Shown here: positions 1-16,300 of the stretch, in pieces | Layout of the letters: each line of letters opens with the position of its first letter | Numbering within the stretch: the stretch's first letter is position 1 | Origin: the human T2T-CHM13v2.0 reference genome, Homo sapiens | DNA: 64,000 bases | Direction: 5' to 3' (one strand) | Assembly: GCF_009914755.1 (NCBI RefSeq) | Contig: NC_060946.1 | The notes under the pieces: model-generated | What the model was told of the DNA's origin: nothing | The model's input: the letters and a program-made list of their open reading frames with translations, nothing else | The model's database searches: none | Translations under genes and position numbers: made by a program

Positions 1-1258
1 ATACCATACATAAAATATCTAAAAGTACACCAAATACATATTATATACTGTACAGAAAATATCAAATAGTACGCCAAATATTTATTATATATTATACATA
101 AAATACCAAATAGTACACCAAATATATATTACATACTCTATATAAAATAGCAAAATATACACCAAATACATATTATATACTGTACGTATATTATCAATCA
201 CTACATGAAATACATATAATAAACTTTATATAAAATATCAAAGTACACCAAATACATATTATATACTGTACATAAAATATCAAAAAGTACACCAAATACA
301 TACTATATACAGTACATAAAATATGAATGTACACAAAATACAAATTATATACTGTACATAAAATTTCAAAGTACACAAAATATATATTATATACTGTACA
401 TAAAATACCAAAGTACACAAAATACATATTATATACTTTACATAATATATCAAAGTCCACAAAATACATATATACTGAACAAAAAATGTCAACGTTACAC
501 AAAATACATATTATATACCATAGATAAAATATCAAAGTACACAGAATACATGTTATATACTGTACATAAGATATCAAACAGTACACAAAATACATATTAC
601 ATACTGTAGGTAAAGTATCAAAAATTACACCAAATACATATTATATCCTGTACATATAATATCAAAATGTACACCAAGTACATATTATATACTGTACATA
701 AAATATCAAAAAGTACACCAAATACATAATATATACTGTACATAAAATATCAGAAACTACAGGAAATACATAGTATATACTCTACATAATATATGAAAGT
801 GCAAAAAATACATATTATATAGTGTATATAGAACATCAAGCTACACAAAATACATATTATATAATGTACATAAAATATCAAAGTTCACAAAATACATATT
901 GTATACCGCACATAAAATATCAAAGTACACTAAATCCATATTTTACACTGTACATAAGATATCAAAGTACAACAAATACATATTATGCACTGTACAGAAA
1001 ATATAAAAGTACACAAAATACATATTATATTCTGTACATAAAATATAAAAGCACACAAATATCATATTATATACTCTACATAAAATATCAAATAGTACAC
1101 CAAATACATATTATTTACTGTACATAAAGTATCAAAACGTACACCAAATACATATTATATACTGTAAATAAATTATCAAAAAGTACACCAAATACACATT
1201 ATACACTGTGTATAAAATATTAAAAAATTACACCAAATACATATTATATACTGTATAT
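1..1258 (+). repeat. HSat1A (SAR / classical satellite I) 42-43 bp tandem array, A-rich strand on top; continues off the left edge
   Basis: Tandem monomers like aaaatatcaaagtacaccaaatacatattatatactgtacat, with two GTAC (RsaI) sites per monomer. It is the reverse complement of the array to the right. The strand label is arbitrary. Confidence 0.93.
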
Positions 1259-1319
1259 AATATATATATAGTATATACATGTACTATAAATATATATATA
1301 TAAATATGGTACAATATGT

Positions 1320-4300
1320 GTATTTTTGATATTTTATGTACAGTAGATAATATATATTTGGGGTACTTTTATATTTTAGGTACAGTATATAATATATATT
1401 TGGAGTACCTTCATATTTTATGTAAAGAATATAATATATACTTGATGTACCTTCATATTTTAAGTCCAGTATATAATATATAGTTTTGGTACTTTGATAT
1501 TTTATGTACAGTAAATAATATATAGCTTGAGTACTTTGATTTTTATGTACAGTTTATTATAAATTTTTGGGTACTTTCATATTTTATATACAGAATATAA
1601 TACATAATTTGGGTGCTTTGATATATTATGTATAGTATATAAAACATACTTTTTGTAATTTGATATATTATGTACAGTATATAATATATATTTTGTGTAC
1701 TTTGAAATTTTGTGTACAGTATATAATATATATTTGGGGTAATTTTATATTTTATGTACAGTATATAATATGTATTTGGTGTACATTGATATTTTATGTA
1801 CAAAATATAATTTATACTTTGGGTAGTTTGATATTTTATGTATACTATGTAATATATAGTTTGAGTACTTTGATATATTATGAACAGTTTATTATAAATG
1901 TTTGTGTACTTTCATATTTTATGTACGGTATATAATACATACTTTGGCTACTTTGATATTTTATGTACAGTATATAATATATACTTTGGGTACTTTGATA
2001 TATTATGTACAGTATATAATATATATTTGGGGTAGTTTTATATTTTATGTTCAGTATATAATATATATTTGGTGTACATTGATATTTTATGTACAGAATA
2101 TAATATATATTTGATGAATCCTCATATTTTATGTATAGTATATAATAAATATTTGGATAGATTGACATTTTGTGTACAGTATATAATACATATTTTTGGT
2201 ACTTTGATATTTTATGTGCAGTATATAATATATATTTTGTGTACTTTCATATTTCATGTCCAGTATAAAATATATAGTTTTGGTACTTTGATAATTTATG
2301 TGCAGTATATAATACGTACTTTGGGTACTTTGATATTTTATGTAGAGCATATAATACATACTTTGGATACTTTGATATTTTATGTACAGTATATAATACA
2401 TAAGTTGGGTACTTTGATATTTTATGTACAGTATATATTACATACTTTGGGTACCTTTATATATTATGTACAATATATTAAATATTTTGGGGAGTTTGAT
2501 ATTTTATGTACAGTATAAAATATGTAGTGTTGTTACTTTGATATTTTATGTCCAGTATATAATATATAGTTTGGGTACTTTGATATTTTATGTACAGTAT
2601 ATAATATATACTTTGAGAACTTTAATATTTTATGTACAGTATATAATATATACTTGAGGTATTTTGATATTTTATGTACAGTATATAATATATACTTTGG
2701 GTAGTTTGATATTTTATGACAGTTTATAATTTATAGTTTGAGTACTTTGATATTTTATGTGCAGTATACAATATATATATTGGGTAATTTGATATTTTAT
2801 GTACAGTATAAAATATATATTTTGGGTACTTTGGTATTTGATATCCAGTATATAATATATAGTTTGGGTACTTTGATATTTTTTTAACAATATATAGTAT
2901 ATAGTTTGGGTACTTTGATATTTTATGTACAGTACATAATATATAGTTTGAGAATTTTGATATTTTATGTACAGTATATAATATATATTAGGAGTACTTT
3001 TATATTTTATGTACAGTATATAATATATATGGGGTGTACACTGATATTTCATGTACAGAATATAACATATATTTGATATACCTTCATATATTATGTACAG
3101 TATATAATATATAATTTGGGTAATTTGATATTTTGTGTGCAGTATATAATACATATTTTTTGTACTTTGATATTTTATTTACAGTATATAATATATATTT
3201 TGTTTAGTTTGATATTTTATGTACAGTATACAATATATATTTTGGGTACTTTGATATTTTATGTACAGTATAAAATACATACTTTGGGTACCTTTATATT
3301 TTATGTACAGTATATAATATATATTTTGGGTAGCTTGATATTTTATGTACAGTATAAAATATGTAGTGTTGTTACTTTGATATTTTATGTCCAGTATATA
3401 ATATATAGTTTGGGTAGCTTGATATTTTATGTACAGTATATAATATACAGTTTGGGTACTTTGATATATTATGTACAGTATATAATATATAGTTTGAGTA
3501 CTTTGTTATTTTATGTACAGTTTATTATAAATGTTTGGTTACATACATAATTTATGTACAGTATATTATACATATTTTGGGTACTTTGATATTTTATGTA
3601 CAGTATACAAAATATATTTTCGGTACTTTGATATTTTATGTACAGTATATAATATACAGTTTGGGTACTTTGATATTTTATGTACAGTATATAATACAAA
3701 GTTTGGGTACTTTGATATTTTATGTACAGTATATAATATATACTTTGGGTACTTTGATATTTTATGTACAGTATATAATATATACTTTGGGTACTTTGAT
3801 ATTTTATGTATAGTATATAATATACAGTTTGGGTACTTTGATATTTTATGTACATTATATAATATATATTTGGTGAACTTTGATATTTTATGTACAGAAT
3901 ATAATATATATTTGATGTACCTTCATATTTTACATACAGTATATAATATATACATTGGGTACTTTGATATTTTATGTACCGTATATAATATATACTTCGG
4001 GTACTTTCATATTTTATGTGCAGCACATAATATATATTTGATGTAACTTCATATTTTATGTACAGTATATAATATATATTTGGTGTACTTTGATATTTTA
4101 TGTACAGAATATAATATATTTTATGTACCTTCATATTTTATATACAGTATATAATATATACTTTGGGTCCTTTGACATTTTATGTACAGTATATAATATA
4201 TAGTTTGGGTACTTTGATATTTTATGTAGTGTATAGAATATATAGTTTGAGTACTTTATTTTATGTATAGTTTATTATATATGTTTGGGTAGTTTCATAA

Positions 4301-7300
4301 TTTATGTACAGTATATTATACATATTTTGGGTTCTTTGATATTTTATGTACATTATATTACATAGTTTGGGTACTTTGATATTTTATGTGCTGCATATAA
4401 TATATATTTGTTGTAATTTGATATTTTATGTGCAGTACATAATGTATATTTGATGTACCTTCTTATTTTATGTACTGTATATAATATATATTTGGGTGAC
4501 CTTAATATATTATGTACAGTGTATAATATATATTTGGGCGACTTTAATATATTATGTCCAGTATATAATATATTTTGGTGTACTTTGATATTTTATGTAG
4601 AGAATATAATATATATTTGATGTACCTTCATATTTTATGTACAGTACATAATATATATTTTGGGTACTTTGATATTTTATGTACAGAATATAATATACAT
4701 TTTGGGTACTTTGATATTTTATGTACAGTATATACTATATAGTTTGAGTACTTTTTTATTTTATGTACAGTTTATTATAAATGTTTGGGTACTTTCAAAA
4801 TTTATGTACAGTATATTATACATATTTTGGGTACTTTGATATTTTATGTACAGTATATAATATATGTTTGGTGTAATGTGATATTTTATGTACAGCATAT
4901 AATATATATTTGGTGTACTTTGATATTTTATGTACAGAATATAATATATATTTGATGTACCTTCATAATTTATGTACAGTACATAATATATATTTTGGGT
5001 ATTTTGATATTTTATGTACAGTATATAATATACAGTTTGGGTACTTTGATATTTTATGTACAGTATATAATATATAGTTTGAGTACTTTGTTATTTTACG
5101 TACAGTTTATTATAAATGTTTGGGTACTTTCATAATTTATGTACAGTACGTTATACATACTTTTGGTACTTTGACATTTTATATACAGTATATAATACAT
5201 ACTTTGTGTACTTTGATATTTTATGTACAGTATATAATATATATTTGGTGTACTTTTATATTTTATGTACAGAATATAATATATATTTGATGTACCTTCA
5301 TATTTTATGTACAGTATATAATATATACTTTGGGTACTTTGATATTTTATGTGCAGTATATAATATACACTTTGGGAACTTTGATATTTTATGTACAGTA
5401 TATAATATACAGTTGTGTACTTTGTTATTTTATGTACAGTATATTATAAATGTTTCGGTAGTTTCATATTTTATGTACAGTATATAATACAAATTTTGGG
5501 TACTTTGATATTTTATGTACAGTATATAATACATAATTTGGGTACTTTGATATTTTATGTACAGAATATAATATATACTTGATGTACCTTCATATTTTAT
5601 GTACAGTATATAACATATACTTTGGGTACTTTGATATTTTATGTACAGTATATAATATACAGTTTGGGTACTTTGATATTTTATGTACAGTATATAATGT
5701 ATAGTTTGAGTACTTTGATATTTTATGTACAGTATATAATATATATTTGGGTACTTTGATATTTTATGTGCAGCATATAATATACAGTTTGGGTACTTTG
5801 ATATTTTATGTACACTATATAATATACAGTTTGGGTAGTTTATTTTATGTACAGTTTATTATAAATGTTTGGGTACTTTCATAATTTATGTACAGTATAT
5901 TATATATATTTTGGGTACTTTGATATTTTATGTAGAGTATATAATACATACTTTGGGTACTTCGATATTTTATGTGCACCATATAATATATATTTGGTGT
6001 ACTTTCAGATTTTATGAACAGAATATAATATATATTTGATGTATCTTCATATTATATGTACAGTATATAATATATATTTGGGCGACCTTAATATATTGTG
6101 TACAGTATGTAATATATATTTGGGTGACTTTATTATATTATGTACAGTATATAATATATTTTGGTGTACTTTGATATTTTATGTACAGAATATAATATAT
6201 ATTTGATGTACCTTCATATTTTATGTACAGTACATAATATATATTTTGGGTAATTTGATATTTTATGTACAGTATATAACATACAGTTTGGGTATTTTGA
6301 TATTTTATGTGCTGTATAGAATATATAGTTTGAGTACGTTTTTATTTTATTTACAGTTTAGTATAAATGTTAGGGTACTTTCATAATTTATGTACAGTAT
6401 ATTATATATATTTTGGGTACTTTCATATTTTATGTACAGTATATAATACATACTTTGGGTACTTTGATATTTTATGTGCAGCATATAAAATATATTTGGT
6501 GTACGTTCAGATTTTATGTACAGAATATAATATATATTTGATGTACCTTCATATTTCATGTACAGTATATAATATATATTTGGGTACTTTGATATTATAT
6601 GTACTGTATATAATATACAGTTTGGTACTTTGATATTTTATGTACTGTATAGGATATATAGTTTGAGTACTTTGTTATTTTATGTACAGTTTATTATAAA
6701 TGTTTGGGTACTTTCATAATTTATGTACAGTATATTATACATATTTTGGGTACTTTGGTATTTTATGTACAGTATATAATACATACTATGGGTACTTTGA
6801 TATTTTATGTACAGTATATAATATATATTTGGTGTAATTTGATATTTTATGTACAGTATATAATATATAGCTTGAGTACTTTGTTATTTTATGTACAGTT
6901 TATTATAAATGTTTGGGTACTTTCATAATTTATGTACAGTATATTATACATATTTTGGTACTTTGATATTTTATGTACAGTTTATAATACATAGTTTGAG
7001 TACTTTTATATTTTATGTACAGTATATAATATATATTTGGTGGACTTTAATATATTATATACAGTATATAATATATATTTGGGTGACTTTAATATATTAT
7101 GTACAGTATATAATATATTTTGGTGTACTTTGATATTTTATGTACAGAATATAATATATATTTGATGTACCTTCATATGTTATGTACAGTACATAATATA
7201 TATTTTCGGTACTTTGATATTTTATGTACAGTATATAATATATATTTTGGGTAATTTGATATATTATGTACAGTATTTAATACACAGTTTGGGTACTTTG

Positions 7301-10300
7301 ATATTTTATGTACAGTTTATTATAAATGTTTGGGTACTTTCATAATTTATGTACAGTATATTATACATATTTTGGGTACTTTGATAATTTATGTACAGTA
7401 TACAATATTTATTTTGTGTACTTTGATATTTTATATACAGTATATAGTATACAGTTTGTGTACTTTGATATGTTATGTACAGTATACAATATATAGTTTC
7501 TGTACTTTGATATTTCATGTACAGTTTATTATAAATGTTTGCTTACTTTCATATTTTATGTATAGAATTTAATAGAGATTTTTGGTACTTTGATATTTTA
7601 TGTACAGTATACAATATATATTTTGGTACTTTGATATTTTATGTACAGTATATAATACATATTTTGAGTACTTTGTTATTTTATGTACAGTTTATTATAA
7701 ATGTTTGGGTACTTTCATTATTTATGTACAGTATATTATACATACTTTGGGTACTTTCATATTTTATGTACAATATACAAAATATACTTTGGTACTTTGT
7801 TATTTTATGTGCAGCATATAATATATATTTGGTGTACTTTGATATTTTATGTACAGAATATAATATATATTTGAAGTACCTTCATATTTAATGTACAGTA
7901 TAAAATATATAAGTTTGGGTACTTTGATATTATATGTACAGTATATAATATACAGTTTGGGTACTTTGATATTTTATGTGCTGCTAATAATATATATTTG
8001 ATGTTCCTTCATATTTTATGTACAGTATATAATAAATATTTTGGAGACTTATTATATTATGTACAGTATATAATATATTTTGTTGTACTTTGATATTTTA
8101 TGTACAGAATATAATATATATTTGATTTACCTTCATAGTTTATGTACAGTATAAAATATATACTTTGGGTACTTTGATTATTATATGTACAGTATATAAT
8201 ATACACTTTGGTACTTTCATATTTTGTGTACAATATATAATATATAGTTTGAGTACTTTGTTATTTTATGTACTGTTTATTATAAATGTGTGAGTACTTT
8301 CTTAATTTATGTACAGTATATTATACACATTTTTGTAGTTTGATATTTTATGTACAGTATACAATATATATTTTGGGTACTTTGATATTTTATGTACAGT
8401 ATATAATATACAGTTTGTGTACTTTGATATTTTATGTACAGTATATAATATATAGTTTGAGTACTTTGTTATTTTATGTACAGTCTATTATAAATGTTTG
8501 GGTACATTCATAATTTATGTACAGTGCATTATACACATTTTTGGTACTTTGATATTTTATGTACAGTGTACAATATATATGTTGGGTATATTGATATTTT
8601 ATGTACAGTACATAATATACAGTTTACTTTGATATTTTATATACAGTATATAATATATAGTTTGATTACTTTATTTTATGTACAGTTTATTAGAAATGGT
8701 TGGGTACTTTCATGATTTATGTACAGTATATTATACATATTTTGGTTACTTTGATATTTCATGTACAGTATATAATATATATTTGGTGTACTTTGATATT
8801 TTATGTACAGAATATAATATATATTTGATGTACCTTCATATTTTATGTACAGTACATAATATATACTTTGGGTACTTTGATATTTTATGTACAGTATATA
8901 ATATACGGTTTGTGTACTTTGATATTTTATGTATAGTATATAACATATAGTTTGAGTACTTTGTGATTTTATGTACAGTTTATTATAAATGTTTGGGTAC
9001 TTTCATAATTTATGTACAGTATATTATACATATTTTTGGTACTTTGATATTTTATGTACAGTATACAATATAAATTTTTGTACATTGATATTTTTTGTAC
9101 AGTATATAATATAAAGTTGGTGTACTTTTATATTTTATGTACCGTATATAATATATAGTTTGAGTACTTTGTTAATTTATGTACAGTTTATTATAAATGT
9201 TTGGGTACTTTTATTATTTATGTACAGTATATTATACATATTTGGGTACTTTGATATTTTATGTACAGTATACAATATATATTTTGGGTACTTTGATATT
9301 TTATGTGCAGTATATAATATACAGTTGGTTTACTTTGATATTTTATATACAGTATATAATGTATAGTTTGATTAGTTTATTTTATCTACAGTTTATTATA
9401 AATGTTTGGGTACTTTCATGATTTATGTATAGTATATTATATAAACTATGGGTACATTGATATTTTATGTACAGTATATAAAATATATTAGGTATACTTT
9501 GATATTTTATGTACAGAATATTATATATATTTGATGTACCTTCATATTTTATGTACAGTATATAATATACTGTTTGGGTACTTTGATATTTTATGTACAG
9601 TATATTATATATAGTTTGAGTACTTTGTTATTTTATGTACAGTTTATTATAAATGTTGGGGTACTTTCATAATTTATGTACAGTATATAATATATATTTT
9701 GAGTACTTTGTTATTTTATGTACAGTTTATTATAAATGTTTGGGTACTTTCATAATTTATGTACAGTATATTATACATATTTTGGATACTTTGATATTTT
9801 ATGTACCGTATATAATACACACTTTGGGTACTTTGATATTTTATGTGCAGCATATAATATATATTTGGTGTACTTTGATGTTTTATGTACACTATATAAT
9901 GTATATTTTATGTACATTGATATTTTATGTACAGTATATAATATATATTTGGGCAACTTTAATATATTATGTACAGTATATAATATATGTTTGGGCGACT
10001 TTAACATATTATGTACAGTATATAATATATTTTGGTGTACTTTGATATTTTATATACAGAATATAATATATATTTGATGTACCTTCATATTTTATGTACA
10101 GTATATAATATATACTATGGGTACTTTGATATTTTATGTACAGTATATAATATATACTTTTGATACTTTGATATTTTATGTGCAGCATATAATATACAGT
10201 TTGGTTACTTTGATATTTTATGTACAGTATATAATATACATTTTGGTAGTTTTTTATGTTATGTACAGTTTATTCTAAATATTTGGGTACTTTCATAATT

Positions 10301-13300
10301 TATGTACAGTATATTATACATATTTTGGGTACTTTTATATTTTATGTACAGTATAAAATACATACTTTGGGTTCTTTCATATTTTATGTGCAGCATATAA
10401 TATATATTTGGTGTGCTTTGAGATTTTATGTACAGAATATAATATATATTTGATGTACCTTCATATTTTATGTACAGTACATTATATATATTTGGGTGAC
10501 CTTAATATATTATGTACAGTATATAATATATATTTGGGTGACTTTAATATATTATGTACAGTATATAATATATTTTGGTGTAATTTGATATTTTATGTAC
10601 AGTATATAATATATAGTTTGAGTACATTGTTACTTTATGTACAGTTTATTATAAATGTTTGGGTACTTTCATAATTTATGTACAGTATATTATACATATT
10701 TTCGGTACTTTGATATTTTATGTACAGTATGTAATATATATTTGATGTAATGTGATATTTTATGTACAGAATAATATATATATTTGATGTACCTTCATAT
10801 TTTATGTACAGTATATAATATATACTTTGGGTAATTTCATATTTTATGTACAGTATATAATATATACTTTGGGTACTTTGATATTTTATGTGCAGCATAT
10901 AATATACAGTTTGGGTACTTTGATATTTTATGTACAGTGTATAATATACAGTTTGGGTAGTTTGTTATTTTATGTAGAGTTTATTATAAATGTTTGCATA
11001 CTTTCATAATTTATGTACAGTATATTATACATATTTTGGGTACTTTGATATTTTATATACAATATCAAATACATACTTTGGGTACTTTGTTATTTTCTGT
11101 GCAGCATATAATATATATTTGGTGTAATTTGATATTTTATGTACAGTATATAATACATACTTTGGGTACTTTGATATTTTATGTACAGTATATAATACAC
11201 AGTGTGTGTACTTTGATATTTTATGTACAGTATATAATATATAGATTGAGTACTTTGTGTATTTTATGTACAGTATATTATAAATATTTGGGTACTTTCA
11301 CATTTTATGTACAGTATATAATACACACTTAGGGTACTTTGATATTTTATGTACAGTATATAATACATACTTTGGGTACTTTCATATTTTATATACAGTA
11401 TATAATACATGCTTTGGGTACTTTGACATTTTATGTACAGTGTATAATACATACTTTGGGTACTTTCATATATTATGTACAGTATATAATATATAGTTTG
11501 GGTACTTTGATATTTTATATACAGTATATAATACTTTGGGTACTTTGATATTTTAAGAACCGTATATAATACATACTTTGTTTACTTTGATATTTTATGT
11601 ACAGTATACAATATATAGTTTAAGTACCTTGATATTTTATGTCCAGTATGAAATATATAGTTTTGGTACTTTGATATTTTATGTAAAGTATATACTTTGA
11701 GTACTTTGATATTTTATCTACAGTTTATTATAAATGTGTGGGTACTTTCACATTTTATGTACAGTATATAATATATAGTTTGGGTACTTTGATATTTTAA
11801 GTACAGTGTATAATACATACTTAGTGTATTTTGATATTTTATGTAAAGTATATAATACATACTTTGGGTACTTTGATATATTATGTACAGTATATAATAC
11901 ATACTTTGAGTACTTTGATATATTATGTACAGTATATAATACTTACTTGGGGTACTTTGATATTTTATGAACAGTACATAATACACACTTTGGGTACTTT
12001 GATATTTTATGTACAGTATATAGTTTGAGTACTTTGATAATTTATGTACAGTTTATTATAAATGTTTGGGTACTTTGATATTTTATGTACAGAATATAAT
12101 ACATACTTTGGGCACTTTGATATTTTATGTACAGTTTATAATACATACTTTGGGTACTTTGATATTTTATGTACAGTATATAATGCATACTTTGGGTACT
12201 CTGATATTTTATGTACAGTATATAATACATACTTTGGGTACTTTGATATTTTTGGTACAGTATATAATACACACTTTGTGTACTTTGATATTTTATGTAC
12301 AGTACATAATACATAGTTTGGGTACTTTGATATTTTATGTACAGTATATAATACATACTTTGGGTAATTTGATATTTTATGTACAGTATATAATATATAG
12401 TTTGGGTACTTTGATATTTTATGTACTGTCTATAATTCATACTTTGGGTACTTTGATATTTTATGTACAGTATATAATACATACTTTGGGTATTTTGATA
12501 TTTTATGTACAGTATATAATATATAGTTTGGGTACTTTGATATTTTATGTACAGTATATAACACATACTTTGGGTACTTTGGTATTTTATGTACAGTATA
12601 TAATACATACTTTGTGTAATTCGATATTTTATGTACAGTATACTATACATAGTTTGGGTACTTTGATATTTTATGTCCAGTATAAAATAAATAGTTTAGG
12701 TACTTTCATATTTTATGTACAGTATATAGTTTGAGTACTTTGATATTTTATGTACAGTTTATTATAAACGTTTGGGTGCTTTCATATTTTATGTACAGTA
12801 TATAATACATACTTTGGGCGCTTTGATATTTTATGAACAGTATATAATACATACTTTGGGTACTTTGATATTTTATGTACAGTATATAATACATACTTTG
12901 GGTACTTTGATATTTTATGTACAGTATATAATATATAGTTTGTGTACTTCGATATTTTATATACAGTATATAATATATATTTTCTGTACTTGGTATTTTA
13001 TGTACAGTATATAATATATAGTTTGGGTAGTTTGATATTTTATGTACAGTATATAATATATAGTTTCGGTAGTTTGATATTTTATGTACAGTATGTAATA
13101 TATACTTTGGGTAATTTAATATTTTATGTACAGTATACAATATATAGTTTGGGTACTTTGGTATTTTATGTACAGTATATAGTTTGAGTACTTTGATATT
13201 TTATGTACAGTTTATTATAAATGTTTGGTACTTTCATATTTTATGTACAGTATATAATACATACTTTGGGTACTTTTATATTTTGTGTACAGTATATAAT

Positions 13301-16300
13301 AAATACCTTGGGTACTTTGATATTTTATGTACCGTATATAATACATACTTTGTGAATGTTGGTATTTTATGTACCGTATGTAATACATACTTTGGGTACT
13401 TTGATATTATATGTACAGTGTATAATACATACTTTGGGTACTTTGATAATTTATCTACAGTATATAATACATACTTTGGGTACTTTGATATTTTATGTAC
13501 AGTATATAATACATACTTTGGGTACTTTGATATTTTATCTATAGTATATAATACATACTTTGGGTACTTTGATAGTTTATGTACATTATACAATATATAC
13601 TTTGAGTACTTTGATATTTTATGTCCAGTATAGAATATATAGTTTTCGTAGTTTGATATTTTATGTACAGTATATAGTTTGAGTACATTGATATTTTATG
13701 TACACTTTATTATAAATGTTTGGGTACTTTCATATTTTGTGTACAGTATATAATACATACTTTGGGCACTTTGATATTTTATGTACAGTATAAAATACAT
13801 ACTTTGGGTAGTTTGATAATTTATATACAGTATATAATACATATTTTGGGTACTTTTATATTTTATGTACAGTATATAATATACAGTTTGGGTACTTTGA
13901 TATTTAATGTAATGTATAGAATGTATAGTTTGAGTACTTTTTTTATGTACAGTTTACTATAAATGGGTACTTTTATAATTTATGTACAGTATATTATACA
14001 TATATTGGGGACTTTGATATTTTATGTACAGTATATAATACATACTTTGGGTACATTTATATTTTATGTGCAGCATATAACATATATTTGGTGTACTTTC
14101 AGATTTTATGTACAGAATATAATATATATGATGTAACTTCATATTTTATGTACAGTATATAATATATATTTGGGCGACCTTAATATATTATGTACAGTAT
14201 ATAATATATATTTGGGCGACTTTAATATATTATGTACAGTATATAATATATTTTGGGGTACTTTGATATTTTATGTACAGAATATAATATATATTTGATG
14301 TACCTTCATATTTTATGTACAGTACATAATATATATTTTGGGTACTTTGATATTTTATGTACAGTATATAATATACAGTTTGGGTACTTTGATATTTTAT
14401 GTACAGTATAGAATACACAGTTTCGTTACTTTGTTATTTTATGTACAGTTTATTATAAATGTTTGCGTAGTTTCATAATTTATGTAGAGTATATTATACA
14501 TATTTTGGGTACTTTGATATTTTATGTACAGTATATAATACATACTTTGGGTACTTTGATATTTTATGTGCAGCATGTAATATATATTTGGTGTACTTTC
14601 AGATTTTATGTACAGAATATTATACATACTTTGGGTACTTTGATATTTTATGAACAGTATATAACATATATTTTGGGTACTTTGAAATTTTATGTACAGT
14701 ATATAATATACAGTTTGGGTACTTTGATATTTTATGTACAGTATATATATGTTTGAGTACTTTGTTATTTTATGTACAGTTTATTATAAATGTTTGGGTA
14801 CTTTCGTAATTTTTGTACAGTATATTATGCATATTTTGGGTACTTTGATATTTTCTGTACAGTATATAATATATATTTGGTGTAATGTGATATTTTATGT
14901 ACAGAATAATATATATATTTGATGTACCTTCATATTTTATGTACAGTATGTAATATATACTTTGGGTACTGTGGTATTTTATGTGCAGCGTATAATATAC
15001 AGTTTGGTTACTTTGATATTATATGTACAGTATATAATATACAGTTTGGGTAGTTTGTTATTTTATGTAGAGTTTATTATAAATGCTTGGGTACTTTCAT
15101 AATCTATGTACAGTATATTATACATATTTTGGGTACTTTGATATTTTATGTACAGTGTATAATACATACTTTGGGAAATTTGATATTTTATGTGCAGCAT
15201 AAAACACATATATGGTGTACTTTCAAATTTTACGTACAGAATATAATATATATTTGATGTACCTTCATATGTTATGTACAGTATACAGTGTACATTTCGG
15301 CGACCTTAATATATTATATACAGTATATAATATATATTTGGGCGACTTTAATATATTATGTACAGTATATAATATATTTTGGTGTACTTTGATATTTTAT
15401 GTACAGAATATAATATATATTTGATGTACCTTCATATTTTATGTACAGTACATATATATTTTGGGTAGTTTGATATTTTATGTACAGTATATAATATACA
15501 CTTTGGGTACTTTGATATTTTATGTACTGTATAGAATATATAGTTTGAGTACTTTGTTATTTTATGTACAGTTTACTATAAATGTTTGGGTACTTTCATA
15601 ATTTATGTACAGTATATTATACATATTTTGAGTACTTTGATATTTTATGTACAGTATATAATACATACTTTGGGTAATTTGACATTTTATGTACAGTATA
15701 TAATATATATTTGGTGTAATTTGATATTTTAAGTACAGTATATAATACATACTTTGGGTACTTTGATATTTTATGAACAGTATATAATATATATTTTGGG
15801 TATTTTGATATTTTATGTACAGTATATAATATATAGTTTGAGTACTTTGTTATTTTATGTACAGTTTATTATAAATGTTTGGGTACTTTCATATTTTATG
15901 TACAGTATGTAATATATACTTTGGGTACTTTCATATTTTATGTACAGTATATAATATATATTTGGTGTAATGTGATATTTTATGTACAGAATAATATATA
16001 TATTTGATGTACCTTCATATTTTATGTACAGTATGTAATATATACTTTGAGTACTTTGATATTTTATGTACAGTATATAATATGTATTATGGGAACTTTG
16101 ATATTTTATGTGCAGCGTATAATATACAGTTTGGGTACTTTGATATTTTGTGTACAGTATATATTATACAGTTTGGGTAGTTTGTTATTTTATGTACAGT
16201 TTATTATAAATGTTTGGGTACTTTCATAATTTATGTACAGTATATTATGCATATTTTGGGTACTTTGATATTTTATGTACAGTATATAATACATACTTTG

